A stretch of DNA of 64,000 bases, from assembly GCF_006345805.1 (NCBI RefSeq), contig NC_043002.1:24924001-24988000 (forward strand). Direction: 5' to 3'. Below the pieces are notes generated by a model, which worked only from the letters and a program-made list of their open reading frames with translations, was not told where the DNA came from and made no database searches. How positions within the stretch are numbered: position 1 is the first letter of the stretch; the number at the start of each line of letters is the position of its first letter. Shown here piece by piece: positions 45,325 to 60,106 of the stretch. This DNA comes from Octopus sinensis (Eukaryota). The position numbers were made by a program, and so were the translations under genes.

Positions 45325-48028
45325 ATTCTATGTTTGACTTTTGCTTTATATTTGTACAAGTTGGCTTCAAGTCTCACCCAGAGACCTCAAGAGACAACAG
45401 ATTGGAAGTTCGTGATGTTGTTATGCTTAGTGTGCCATATATTTGGTTTTGTATTTAGTGTTGTACTAGTGAATGTCAAAAAAAAAAAAAGCGATAAGTA
45501 TGTTTGTTTTAAAACTTGAGATTACATAGAAAGTATTTTGCGTAGGATATGAGCAGTTCCCATGAGCACTATCTTTTGAATTTCTGCCATTTTGGGGTTT
45601 CCTGGTATCTGAGTTAGGTAGCGATCAGCCCCTTTTGCTATCATTCCCAGGGCACATATGACAACAGGTATTGTTTTAGTCTTCAGGTTCCACATTTTGC
45701 TGATTTCTATTTCAAGATCTTTATATTTGCTCAGTTTTTGGTAGGTCTTGACAGATACGTTTATATCGATTGGGACAGTCATATCAATGAGGAGGCATGT
45801 TCTTTGTTTGAAGTCTTTCAATATGATGTCTGGCCTATTTGCATCTATCTGTCTGTCAGTTTGAATGGGGAAGTTCCAGAGGAGTGAGATGTGGTCATTT
45901 GTGTTCCCACCAGTTTTTTTTCATGGGGCAAATCCAGGTTTTTGCAGATTACCCAGTGAATATATTGTGCAGCTCTATCATGCCTGTTGAGATACTCTGT
46001 AGGCATTAGAAGACTGCACTTGGAGACAACATGATCAATGGTTTCATTTTGTTGTTGACATACACGACATGTTGGGCTACTGCTATTCTTTAATATGTTG
46101 GCCTGGTAGTTTCTTGTTGGTAGGCATTGATCTTGAGCTGCTATGAGAAACCCTTCTGTTTCAGATTTTAAGCCAGAGGCCATTAGCCATTGATGGGTCA
46201 GGGCTTTGTCAACATCTGCATTATTCACTCTCTTTGGTATTTGTCATAGAGAGGTTTTTCTTGTCATTTATCATTCAGAATATCTAAGGCAGCAGTTTTA
46301 GCACGGGTTTTCATGCGTTTAGCTTTTTCTGTGCTTGTTTCTTGTATGTCTAATTCCGAAATTTGTTGTATTCGGAATTTACTTTGAATGCCTATTTCCA
46401 CTCCTAGACTGATCATACATGTTTCTCTATCTATCTAACTATTTTATCTGATTTCTATCTATTTTGTCTGATTTGTTCATTTCTCCTCTCGTCTATGATC
46501 GACCTTCGTGTATGCCATCTTGAAACCTGTTTCCTTTTAATACACTTCCGCCTTCTCCAAAAATCCCTCTTCCGGACAACTTTTTACTTAAAAGGCAACC
46601 CACAACATGTGCTCTCTCTCTCTCATTCATCTACCAGCTATATAATCCCATGCACAGATAAGTTTGAATGCCTATTTCCACTCCTAGACTGATCATACAT
46701 GTTTCTCTATCTATCTAACTATTTTATCTGATTTCTATCTATTTTGTCTGATTTGTTCATTTCTCCTCTCGTCTATGATCGACCTTCGTGTATCGCGGTG
46801 CACCCGCCCTGCCCACCACCACCACCACCAATACCGGATATCTCTATTTTGCTCCATCTATACCGGATGTCGCTTCTCCCACCACCATTATAGGTGTCTA
46901 CTCTTCGAACCCCCCTCTTCAATACGCTATCTCACCATGCATTACCCCTCTCTTGATATCCTATGTTCTACTTGCCTACAACCTGTCATCATTTCTCTGA
47001 ACCACCCCTCCCCACTGGTGCTCCCCTATATTCCTGCACCACCCCCCACATAAAAAGCACCATCCGAACGTGGCCGATGCCAGACCCCTCTGGCACCTGT
47101 GCAGGTGGCACGTAAAAAGCACCCACTACACTCGCGGAGTGGTTGGCGTTAGGAAGGGCATCCAGCTGTAGAAACACTGCCAGACCAGACTGGAGCCTGG
47201 GGCAGTCCCTAGCTCCCCAGACCCCGGTCGAAACCGTCCAACCCGTGCTAGCGCGGAAAACGGACGTTAAACGATGATGATGATGATGATTCCTTTGCCT
47301 GTTTGTTACTGAGTATGATGCTTTCTTGTTTTCATGTTTTGAGACAAGTTTTAACATCCAGTCCTCAGAGTTTTTCAGGTAGGTGTCTAGGCCAATTGTA
47401 GCAATCTTCATTGTTATTGCCAGTTGTAAAAGTCCATGGCCTCCCTCTTTTCTTGGCAGATAAAGTCGTTCTATATCTGCATTAGGGTGGTGCATTCTAT
47501 GCATTGTCAACAGTTTTCTTATTTTTCTGTCGAGCTGACATATTTCAGTAATTGACCAGTTAACGATATTGAAACTGTAAGTCACGACTGGTATGGCTAA
47601 TGCATTGATCGCTTCGATCCTGTTTCTTGCATTCAGCTCTGTCTTGAGTATTGCTCTCACTCTTCGATAGCATTCTCTCCTGATCCTTTCCTTCATCTCT
47701 GAATGCCTTATTCCGTCCCCTTCAATTACCCCTAGGTACTTGTATCTCTCCGCTGGGTCTAATTCTTTTATGACATTTTGCTGGTCAAGGTTCACGTTAG
47801 ATGTTTCTGTCATTTTTCCTTTGATAAAGGTAGCTTTTGCACATTTATCGAAGCCAAATTGCATTCTGATGTCATCACTGAATTGTTTAACAATCACTAG
47901 TAAGCCCTTAAGTTGATGGTCATTTTTTGCAAAGAGCTTTAAATCATCCATGTAAATGAGATGATTTATATTTTTATCAAACATTTTATATCCGTACTGT
48001 GCGGTCATTGAGCAATTTTGAGAGAGGT
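45325..48028 (-). mobile_element. 5'-truncated R4/Dong-clade non-LTR retrotransposon (RT C-terminus, CCHC finger, RLE endonuclease) with ~900-bp internal insertion at ~46390-47290
   Basis: HLIYMDDLKLFA, YKYLG, RLYLPRKEGGHGL, ETEGFLIAAQDQ, CRVC...ETIDHVVSKC, RHD, RPDII..., LIDMTVP, KLSKYKDL; (TAA)n on both sides. Confidence 0.9.
46386..46790. repeat. ~127-bp direct repeat pair (46386-46512; 46665-46791)
   Basis: tttgaatgcctatttccactcctagactgatc...gaccttcgtgtat occurs twice, apparently identical. Confidence 0.85.
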
Positions 48029-48050
48029 AATTATTATTATTATTATTATT

Positions 48051-48082
<32 letters not shown>

Positions 48083-48084
48083 TA

Positions 48085-49467
<1,383 letters not shown>

Positions 49468-50190
49468 TAGGCGGTGAGCTGGCAGAATCGTTAGCATGCC
49501 GGGAAAAATGTTTAGAGATATTTCGCCCGCCGCTGAGTTCAAATTCCACCGAGGTTGATAAATTAAGCACCAATGAAACACTGGGGTCAATGTAACCGAT
49601 TAGTCCCCTCCCCCAGAATTTCAGGCTTTGTACTTATAGTAGAAATTATTATTATTAGGCGGTGAGCTGGCAGAAATGTTAGCACGCTGGGTGGAATGCT
49701 TTGCGGTATTTCGTCTGTTATGTTCTGAGTTCAAATTCTGCTGAGGTCGACTTTGCCTTTCATCCTTTCATGGTTGATTAAATAAGTACCAGTTATGCAT
49801 TGGGGTCGATATAATCGACTTAATCCATTTGTCTGTCCTTGTTTGTCCTCTCTGTGTTTAGCCCCTTGTGGTAGGTATTTCGTCTGTCTTTACATTCTGA
49901 GTTCAAATTCCACCGAGATCGACTTTACCTTCCAACCATTTGGGATCCATAAATTAAGTACCAGTGAAACACTTGGGTCGATATAATCGACTAGTCCCTT
50001 CCCCACCAAATTTCAAACCTTGTGCCCTTCATAGAAAGGATTATTATTATCATTATGGCGCTGAACTGGCAGACTCTTTAGCGAACTGGCAGAATCTTTA
50101 CGTTCTGAGTTTAATTCCGCCGAGGTCGATTTGGCCTTTTGTTCTTTCGATGTCGATAAAATAAGTAGTCAAGAACTGGGGTCGACACAA
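49468..50190 (+). mobile_element. Head-to-tail array of four SINE A units
   Basis: Heads ggcggtgagctggcagaa at ~49468 and 49657 and ggcgctgaactggcaga at ~50056, each preceded by (ATT)n; one internal dimer junction. Confidence 0.85.
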
Positions 50191-50640
50191 CCTGAGTGGT
50201 CCCTTCTCTAATATTCCTATGATAAAAAGATTATCATCATTTTTATCTCCCCTTTACAGTTTAGTGCGTCTTCCTTTGCATTTCTCTGTCCTCTCCTTTC
50301 TAACCTTTTTTCTGTACTCACCTGGTTAATACACTGGTGACTTGTACTAAATTATGAAGCATCTTTTCCTTGAAGTTTCTTTCTTCTAGAAAATTAGTTT
50401 TCCTTGCTAGCTAGCTTCCTTCAAGACAATTGTTAAACCTCTAATTATAAATACTTATCATTGAATTAATAACTTTTTCTCTTTTCTTATTTATTATAAT
50501 CCAATATAATTTGGGTCCACTCACTGTTTTTCTGTTTTTGTTAAGAAGTAGTTATCATCTTTAAACTATTCATTTAAAGTTTCTTCCCATCCTTCTTTGT
50601 ACAACTTATTTCTTTATCCCTGTACGTATCCATAGATTTC

Positions 50641-50805
50641 GGGAGTGGCTGTGTGGTAAGTAGCTTGCTTACCAACCACATGGTTCCAGGTTCATTCCCA
50701 CTGCATGGCATCTTGGACAAGTGTCTTCTTCTATAGCCTCGGGCCGACCAAAGCCTTGTGAGTGGATTTGTTAGACAGAAACTAAAAGAAGCCCATCATA
50801 TATAT
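50641..50805 (+). mobile_element. SINE family B 5' half
   Basis: gggagtggctgtgtggtaagtagcttgcttacc. Confidence 0.85.
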
Positions 50806-51983
50806 GTGTATCAAATAAAAAAGAGTGAAAAAACTACAGAAGGCTTGTGTTATAAGGTTAAAGAATATATTTAAGTCGTTATGTTAGAAAAAATGTTATA
50901 AAATTTTGTGTATAGTAACATAGTTTTTGGAGAAATAACCGGCTTCGTATTTTCTTTTCAAATTTCTCAAATTTCTTTACCTGCATCATGTTATGTCTTC
51001 AGTGAATCACCCAGTTTTAAATGAATTTTATTTAACTATATCAAGCAATCAGACGCCAATAAATGCAAGTAGCGTAAACATTCAACTTTTGGTGATGTCA
51101 GTGGATAATGAAAGAATAAAAAATAAACATATGAATTCTACGTTATGATAATTAGAAACACAGAGATTCTACATCACAACAATTAGCAAACTATGTATTA
51201 AATATGCTAAATATTTTTAGAAAAATCATGCATATTATATCATATATGAAAAGCAATTATAATTAAGAAAAGAAATATTTAAATATTTTCCTAAATTTGT
51301 GACAACATTTCATTGTAAAATTACCATTATAATTTAATAATATTAGTTTAGAAGTAATTATGTAAGGCAAAGATCACATTTAGAATTTCCAATAGTGTAC
51401 AATAGTGTATAAGTAATAATGGATCACTTTAAATCATGCTTGATATTCCTTTACCAAAATTTGTAGAATTACCTCTTCTTCTATATTTAAATGAATGAGA
51501 ATGATGAGAATCTAGATTTCTAAAATGTAGCAGAGGAAACTATGTAATAATACATATGATCTCCTGTTATTTCCTTATATTGATACACTATATTTTTCCT
51601 GAAACATTGAAAGCAAATATAGAAAACAAATTATGTGTAGTACTTGAAATCAGTTACTTGGCAGGTGTCAACATAATGTTAAAAGTTAGTGTAAACAAGA
51701 ATATCTATATTGAACTTATGGAAAATTTGCAGGTACTCCACCCAAGCTATAATTTTTGTCAATAATTACTAGAGCACTTGACTACATGATGAAATGTCTC
51801 ACTACCGATCTTAAAAAGTTGGGGTTAAAAAAAGCACAGAAAGAAAATGCATAATCAGAAGATTACTCAGAAAATTACTGCTACAAAGTTACTATCAAAA
51901 TATGTAAAACATTCATGAAGTTCAGCATGAAATAAGATTCACATATACAATGCCATCATTGCCTGCTCCCATGTGTATATGTG

Positions 51984-52062
<79 letters not shown>

Positions 52063-52136
52063 ATGATATTAATAAATGCATAATGGTTTAACATCTGAAT
52101 ACCTGGACAAGTCTTTATGTTACCTTTATTTTTCTG

Positions 52137-53161
52137 TTATTGAAGCCTATTATGAACATTACTGTTGTTTCTCAGTTTGGAAACTGATTTATATATACCC
52201 TGCAGACATGGTACTGCTGCTTCTGGTCTATTATCATGATCACATACCGCCACAAGGAATGGGTTTTTCCAATATGACTTCAAAATGGAACCAAAATATT
52301 TGGATGCTTGAACTCGATGGTTTTGGCAATTTTGTTTGATGCCTAACTTTTCTGACAATACACCATTCCAAACATCATCTGGCATGAGCATTTTGTTCTT
52401 CAACGATGCCAGATAGAGTTTGTTGATTACATTAATATGTGCTATGTAACCAACACCATGACAATATATAGGATAGTTCTCCCCTTGATACAACATTTTC
52501 TCACCGAGTTTACGGAATTTTTTTAGTTTGTTATGCATTAATTCTCTTCCACCAAAACAATAACAAAATGCAAATTTATTATCATAATCAGCTTGAGACA
52601 GATCATAGTGAAGAAATGGCAGAAGTTTGATCTGGTCAACAAAAAGTTCATCGTTTAATACCATAACATATTCCACATTGGCACAAAACTCCACACTCCA
52701 CTTCCATGCCATAAGTGTCTTTAAGTAGACATTACCATAAGATTCTGGGAAATCATCCTGGATAATATCTCTGTATATTCTACTCTCCTCACGGATGAGC
52801 GATTCAGTTGTATAATTATTTGTATTGGCGAAAAGAAAAACATGTTTGACAACAATGTCTTTTGAGAAAGAATCATATGGAATATCCTGGAAAATTTTTC
52901 TTAGTACTTTTCGTCGATCCAAATGGCTGTAAATTGTACGAACAGTATAAAGAAGGAATACTTTTTCATATTGACTGCAAAGAACTGGTTCATTGATGAG
53001 ATTTTTAAAGTCATATTCATATGGCTGCGGGTTGTCATAGTAACGTTTATCAACTTTTGATCCTTTTGGTTGTGATTGAAGAATGATCTCTGTATTTTTT
53101 AAGGTTTCTCTTCTTTCATTAAAATAAGTCAAAGAATGATCCTTTGGTGAATGAAAAGCAT
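52137..53161 (-). CDS. GT31-family beta-1,3-galactosyltransferase-like protein, main (luminal) exon; catalytic motifs substituted
   Basis: RRKVLR, VFLF, DIIQDDFPESYGNVYLKTLMAWKW..FC, YPIYCHGVGY, DDVWNG..LGI; acceptor tttacttttgctttccag at 53163-53162; the track's first M (53228) is GTG. Confidence 0.85.
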
Positions 53162-53510
53162 CTGGAAAGCAAAAGTAAAGTATATACATTAAGAATTGTT
53201 GAAAATTTCGTCTAGCCACATGATTCACAAAGCAATTTCAAATTCAAAGCTTGTAGTGTTTTACTGGTATTCAGTTGTAGCAAAACCTAAAATCGAAACC
53301 ATACATGTCTAGTAAGATATGCCCTGAATACCAACCAATCAGCTTGTTGTTACCGAGTGTAGAGGGGTTATAAAAGAGAAAGCATGCCAGAATCAGTGCA
53401 GAAGTTTGAGAAGATTTCAGAGATTTATGAATATAGGATTTTTGGTCACTGTTCGACCTTTGTTTTCAACGCACTTTTCTAAGCATATACCATGAACACA
53501 ATATCCTCAC

Positions 53511-53679
53511 TTCTCACCATACAAATAAGTAGCCAGCCAATTCTTAGTAATATATACATCAGAGATGCACATCGAATGCTCAAGCAAGCCCTTAAATGGA
53601 TGTTTCCTTGGTTATAGCCCAATCCTGGGTTAAATGAATTGTTAGCTATGATTAACAGAGTATTTTTCCTGACATCCAT
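53511..53679 (-). CDS. Candidate upstream exon of the GT31 gene encoding the type II membrane anchor
   Basis: ATG 53679; hydrophobic ASLMYILLRIGWLLICMV; phase-1 donor gaa|gtgagg is frame-compatible with the 53161 acceptor. Confidence 0.45.
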
Positions 53680-56413
53680 GTGAAGCCAATCTTTTCTCTC
53701 TTATTAATGTGCATAAGAACTACATTTGCACACCACAATACACTACTGGCAAGCCACTACATAATTATTTAAACATTGTGATATACTTCTGTAAAAATAA
53801 GTATTATTTGAACAACAGTGGAATTGGTTTTATTATGGGACACCATGCTGTCTTAACATCATTCCAATATATCAAGACCTATTCAACCAATCCACACAAT
53901 GTTTTGATAATTGCTCACCCAGAGTTGTAAATAAACAAATAACTAGCTAAATAAATAAATGTTGGATTTAACATTCAAGAAATTTCAATTATCCATTGTT
54001 GTAGCTAAGAAAGTAACTTACCATGAAATATCCAGTATACATACAGCAAAATACAAATTGTGATTAAGGTCTTTTTTTTAAGGTACATTTCTGTCAAAGA
54101 ATATAAAAGAAAATCTTTAAAACAATATAGAAATTAGGAAGATTAAAATGTAAAATTTAAAGTTGCTTTGTCTATGACACATGTTATATTACATATCAAT
54201 TTATGAATTTATACATAAATAAAAAGCAGTTTGATGGGCCCGTGTAGTATGGTCATAACATGGAAACAGAGCTAACATGCTACAATACAGTATTTGATAT
54301 ACCCTAAAGAGGTGCATACTATCTGATTCTAGGGGGATATGTACATTTTCAAACAGTCAAGATGTTTAGTGGAAGAGTGTAGACCGGAGACAGTAGATTG
54401 TAAAATGTACTTTAAATATTTGTTGCAACTTTTAGTAGAAAAGGTTAAGTGGTGTACGATAACAACATATGAACAGTGGTTGCATGAGAAGAATTTTACT
54501 GAGATTGGTTGGATTATCTTACAGGTTTCATTTCAGTAAGTCAGATGTACAGCAAAGCTGACAGCAGATTAGAACCATGTCTAATTATGTAAGCCAGGGT
54601 GTCATGGTGCTTCTGGACAAGGATGCACATAAAGGGGGTTTGTTGGTAATACTAAGACTTTAAATCTGCTGAATGTGTAGTTCTCACTTTTATACTCAGA
54701 ATAGCACAAGCTTGTGCAGTTTGTGGCATATCTTTTGAGAACACACACTAGACTGCTGAAAACAATCTAAAGAGTTTTGATGATAAGTCTGGTTCCAGTT
54801 GTTTGTCAATCAACTTTGATTAATCTAAAGTTTTCAGTAGACTCAAAAATCATTATATGATTGTTGTTTTAAACGCAGCAGTTATCAGATACAAGATCAC
54901 TTTCTAATACAGCAGCACCTGTCCATAGGTTAAATAAATGACCACCTATTGGAAATATTTGAAATCAATCACTCCATTACATCCTCAGTTCCTTTAAGAT
55001 ACCCCTTACTGCATTCAATATGTTCTGGCTCTTGATCCTCTGCTCTAGAAATGAGATGAGTTTAGTGACATTCCAATGGAACTAGCTACATCTACATATG
55101 TCAATGACATTCCCATCATGTTATCAAAGGCAATGGAAATTGAAGTAATATGCACCAAACTTGAAAAAGGTGTACATAATAACAAAAAGAAATTAGTGGA
55201 TTTCAAACTGTACCTGTAGTGAAGGTTCAATGAAACTCATTCAAAGAAACTGTTTCAGCTCAGACCTTTGGACTATGAACTTTCTGATTTTGGTTTCAAA
55301 TCTGAATCAGAAAAGCAAGACATAGGTGACAAATATTTACATTGCTTCGGTGGTGGACTCGGCATTGGCAGCTGTAGTTTGTACCAAGGAATATTTGATT
55401 AGAATGGAAAATCTGCTCTTTCTTGCAGGAGGAGCAAAATTCCTGGTTTAGAGTTTCAACTCCTGCCAACACTATGCAAAGCATTGGGATGTTGTGGCTG
55501 TTACAAGAGAAATCTATAAAGGCTGCAATAACTGCAGAAATTTGAATAGTTGTAGATATCTTGTTGGACATATCTTTCAGCAACTCAACAGTTGATTACC
55601 CTGCAATCCTATGTCTAGCTTAGACAAAGAAAAGGCATTAGGCATTTAGGATCTGGAATATTTCCAAGTACTCACACCTTCTACAAGTTGAAAAATGGGG
55701 TCAAATAATGTTAGCTCTTACAAAATATAGGAAATTTAGTGGCGACCATGAGCAACATTGTCTTTGAGAATAATCTGGATGACTATGAGGATACCATGTC
55801 ATACAACACTCTTTTTCAGGGGACTTTCATTTCTGGGGTTAAGGACAGATTCCACATTTTCTTACTTAGCAATGCCATATTACTAGTTAAGAAAATACTT
55901 TTCAGGCATGACAGTGACATTAACTGAGTCTGCCTCAGATTAGTAAAGAACAACAAAACCTAAATATCAACCACTTAGTGTCCAAGGATTACTGACATGC
56001 AGGGATTTGTTTAACTGCTCAAGTTAAGGGAGAAGGAAGGAAAGCGACAAAGGGAAAGAAGTGTTTTTGCTAAAGCTAGTACAATATAAATGGAATGCAA
56101 ACGTGACTGAAATGTGTTAAGAGAAAATGAAAAATGTTAAGAAAATGTTTCTGAACTCTCTCAACACTCTCACTCTCTTAAAGTTTTACAGCTTCATACT
56201 TAAAACAAAAAGAAAAATCTTCCGCGCTCTAAATAATTTGTGTGTGGGGGTGGTGGGGAGAAAGATGAACGATTTAAAATAAATATATCTTTGTTGTTTG
56301 AGAAAGTATATATATTCTGATGATAAAATATATTATCTTTCAAAAACATCCTAAATTTATAGACTATAACGTGTATGTTTAAGAAATGGTTCATTATTAA
56401 ATATATATATATA

Positions 56414-56565
56414 TTGGCGTTAGGAAGGGCATCAAGCTGTAGAAACACTGCCAGATAAGACTGCAGCCTGGTGCAGCCTCCTGGCTTCCCAGACCCCGTT
56501 CGAACCATCCAACCCATGCTAACATGGAAAACGGATGTTAAACGACATTGATGATGATGATGATG
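56414..56565 (+). mobile_element. RTE-X 3' tail copy between (AT)n runs
   Basis: ttggcgttaggaagggcatc...gttaaacgacattgatgatg. Confidence 0.85.
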
Positions 56566-57149
56566 ATATATATATATATAACAAAGTGAAGGTATAAGGT
56601 ACTGTACGAGTGGAAATATATATGAAAGAAGGTTTGAAAATGCAATTTTAAAGATGTTTATTCACTTGACCGGTTTCACTTTTTTAGAAAAAGATTGTCA
56701 AAAGAAAAAATGTAAAGCTTTGTATAAGCTTTGTTGTGTTAAGTACTGGTTGTCACAAAAGTATTAAAATACATATATACATTTTTTGATAATAATAATA
56801 AAATGTTAAAAACAGTTTACAAGAAAGTATTTAAGAAAATACTCAACAAAAAGTATTAGGTGTTCAATAAAAATCATGTTTGTTTGGTAGTATCTATATA
56901 CATACACAGAAAAAGTATTAGGAGTTCAATAAAACTCAAGTTTGTTTGGTAGTATATATATATACACACACACAGAGAAGGAGATATATTTAAGAGTATA
57001 CAAAGAATTTGAGAGAAACCAACCTGTTTTCCTAGCATTTTTTATTTTGTGTGTAACTAAGGATTGTTTGCTATTTTAAGGGAGGTTGGTTGGGGTGGGG
57101 GAAGGAGGAGCAATGTGGAATTAAAAGGATTTTTTGGTTTCTAGGCTAG

Positions 57150-57950
57150 TCTGTCATGGTTCAGTGGTTTTGGGGACTGTGAGTGTGTGTGTCTCTGTGC
57201 ACTTCTCTATGTATGTGTGTGTATAGACATGTGTTTGTGTGTGTGGGCCGCTTTTGATTGGTTCCAGAGTTTATTGTGGTGTGTGTAAATGGGTCTGTAT
57301 ATGTTTTATAATTGGTAGGATGGTGTGTGTATATGTGTGCACGTTTATGTGTATGTCTGTCTGAGTATGTTTGTGTTCTAGTTGTCCTTGTGGTGTGTGT
57401 GTGAGCAGCTATACGTGTGTGTGAGGGTGCATATGTATGTGTGCGTCTGTGTGTGTGCATGTGTATGCTTGTATTTTTGTGTTGGTGGGGATGTTATGTG
57501 TGTGTATGTGAGTGTGTGTGTTGTGTCTGTCTGAGTATGTTTGTGTTTTAATTGTTCTTGTGGTGTGTGTGTGAGCAACCATATATGTGTGTGAGGGTGC
57601 ATATGTATGTGTGTGTGTCGGTATGTGTGTGTAAGTGTGTTGTATTAGGGGTTTATCTGGGTGGTGTGTATGTGTGTGCATGTGCGTTTTGTGTATGTTG
57701 GTACTGAGTATGTGTTTGTGTGTGTGTGTGTATATATGTGGGTATGGTTTATGTAGTTTCCGGGTGTGTGTATGTGCTGCATTTGTGAGTGATTTGTTTT
57801 GTTTGTATTGTTAGTGCAGTGTGTGTTTATACGTGTGTGAGTCTGTCTTGTATTTGTCAGGGAGGTGTGTGTCAGTGTGTGTGTGCATGCTTGTGTGTAT
57901 GTGTGTTTGTTGTAATTGTATTGTGTGTATATGTGTATGATTTTTTTTAC
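57150..57950. repeat. Degenerate GT-rich minisatellite with ~170-bp higher-order period
   Basis: gtctgtctgagtatgtttgtgtt...gagggtgcatatgtatgtgtg at ~57355 and ~57525. Confidence 0.8.
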
Positions 57951-57962
57951 TGGGGTACTCTG

Positions 57963-58004
<42 letters not shown>

Positions 58005-58784
58005 GATCTTGATAGTGGATCTTGCATGCATGAAGTGGATTTTAAATTAACACTGCAACAAAACTTTTCCCACAGTGGAACAATGGTTTTTCTCTGACAG
58101 CAGTTTTACATTTTCCAGATGCCTTCAGCTAGGCCGAAATAATGTCTTCACCACTTGACCCTTTCTAACCTCTTCTACTTCACCAAAAGATAGAATAGAG
58201 AGAGATAACAAGATCACCAACTAATCTATTGTTCTCAATAATATATCTATCCTTCTGGATACTTATAAAAGTAAGCACATTCCAAGCAAAAATCAGTTAG
58301 TCACAGTCGGTGATGACTCAACAGTCTGGCTGACCAGTTAGAACACTGGTCAGAGGGAGAAATGAAGTTTACTGTCAGCAACTGTGAGACAACGTCCCAC
58401 ACCCTACAACTCTCACTAGCTCTAATTCTGTTCTCTTACATCATCATTCCATCTCTCTCTCTATTTACTACTAAACAATGAAGAGGACACAAACACAAAC
58501 TTTACTTCGCATGCTTTTGGATTTATCATAACCTGCCCATCGAAGCAAGTTATTTGTAACGTAACGGTAAATAAATACTTTCTTAAAACTTCAGGCATTG
58601 TTCATCTTTCATATCTTACAACATGCAATTATAACAACAAATTTTTATCATCACAACTGCTGACTCCGACATTTCATAATAATGTTTACTAATCAATCTT
58701 ACCCGTTACAGTTGGTAACTACACCAAAATAAAATCTCTCCCGCTACACACACACACACACACACACATACACACACACACACA

Positions 58785-58816
<32 letters not shown>

Positions 58817-59096
58817 TACACACACACACATATATATATATCAGAGAATGAGACATCGCTTATTTGCCTTCCCCTGCCTCCACCCACACAAAAATTAGGT
58901 TGGACGCGAAAGAGTTTTGTTTTTGTTTTTTCGTAAAACACTGGACAAGCTTAAAGTGTGTTTTGTTTTTCGTGAAACACTGAACTAGCTTAAAGTGTGT
59001 TTTGTTGAGAATTGATCCATTTTTTTGACAGCAAAGAGGTAAGTCAATTTTTACCTGTCTACATACATACATACATACATACACATACACGCTATT

Positions 59097-59375
59097 GGAA
59101 AGACTTCCTCCCAAATTTTTTATTGCCAAAAAACCCCCGTTATCGGATACGAAAATTCCTGAAAATTGCCAAAAATTGGCATCTTGAAATTTGCCTCTCC
59201 ATTTTTTCATTTTTGACATTTTTCCCTATCCCTAAAACCCTAACCCTAACTTTAAAACCCTAAACCTAACCCTCAAACCCTAGCAGATTCGTATTCTCCG
59301 TAGCCGAAAACGGGAGTTTGTGTTGAAAAAAAAATAAAAGTTGGTGTTTTGGGGGGTACAAAAGGAAGTCTTGCC
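59097..59375. mobile_element. Merlin/Mutator-like MITE carrying CCCTAA telomere-like repeats
   Basis: TIRs gg(a/c)aagacttcct; 9-bp TSD cacgctatt / catgctatt (one transition). Confidence 0.75.
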
Positions 59376-59385
59376 CATGCTATTG

Positions 59386-59451
<66 letters not shown>

Positions 59452-59476
59452 AAATATACACAATATTATATATTGC

Positions 59477-60106
59477 TGTGAATAGTTCAGCTGGTACAGT
59501 ACTTCTTGACCTACTTTGCTTGGGGTGGAGACTGAAAGTCTACAATACAAAGTTATGGTCCTTTGTTTTAGAAAGAGTAATGAGCCTTTAGGGGACCTTT
59601 GGCCTTGTGCCGGTCAGGGAAAGTTCGTTGTAGACACCCCTTAAATAAGCCATTCAGTTTGTGAGTGGGAGAGACAGTCGGCATTTGGAAATCAGGGCGG
59701 ACAGTCAGGATTTGGGATTCAGGGCAAGCAGTTGGCAGTTTGGATTAGGCAGTCGGCATTTGGGATTGTACAGCGAGTTAGTAATGGTTTGTTCTGCTGT
59801 GACAGAGAGAGATATACAGAGGATTAGGCAGCTAATGGAGATGGAATACAATGTGAGGCATTGGCTGATGTACGGTATGTGTTAATTGTGTTGATATGTG
59901 AATTATGTAAAGAGACTATAACGAACTGTTACAGAAGTGAGTAAAGGACTTGTTAATGTGTTGATCGATCGGGCCTGGTCAATCGTCGTCGCTCGACTTG
60001 TTGGGATCCCGGGTTCGAGTTTGAGCGACGGCAGGTGGGATTCCGTAGCAAGCTTTCCAGGGGGGTCTCGTAACAATATATTTAATAACGAACCATGTAA
60101 TTCACA
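59477..60106 (+). mobile_element. Probable solo LTR
   Basis: TG...CA ends with 7-bp inverted termini tgtgaat/attcaca; TATA-like ttaaataag; no clear TSD. Confidence 0.45.

Noticed and set aside
50316-50326. Strong minus-strand donor ccag|gtgagta
   Set aside because: No open upstream frame or acceptor supports an exon.
53162-53228. N-terminus MNHVARR... of the GT31 ORF
   Set aside because: Starts at GTG and overlaps a polypyrimidine tract and acceptor; probably intronic.
58080-58747. Second solo LTR (TATAAAAG, AATAAA, ends ...taca); similar signals at ~9180-9890
   Set aside because: No defined 5' TG terminus, inverted ends or TSD could be supported.
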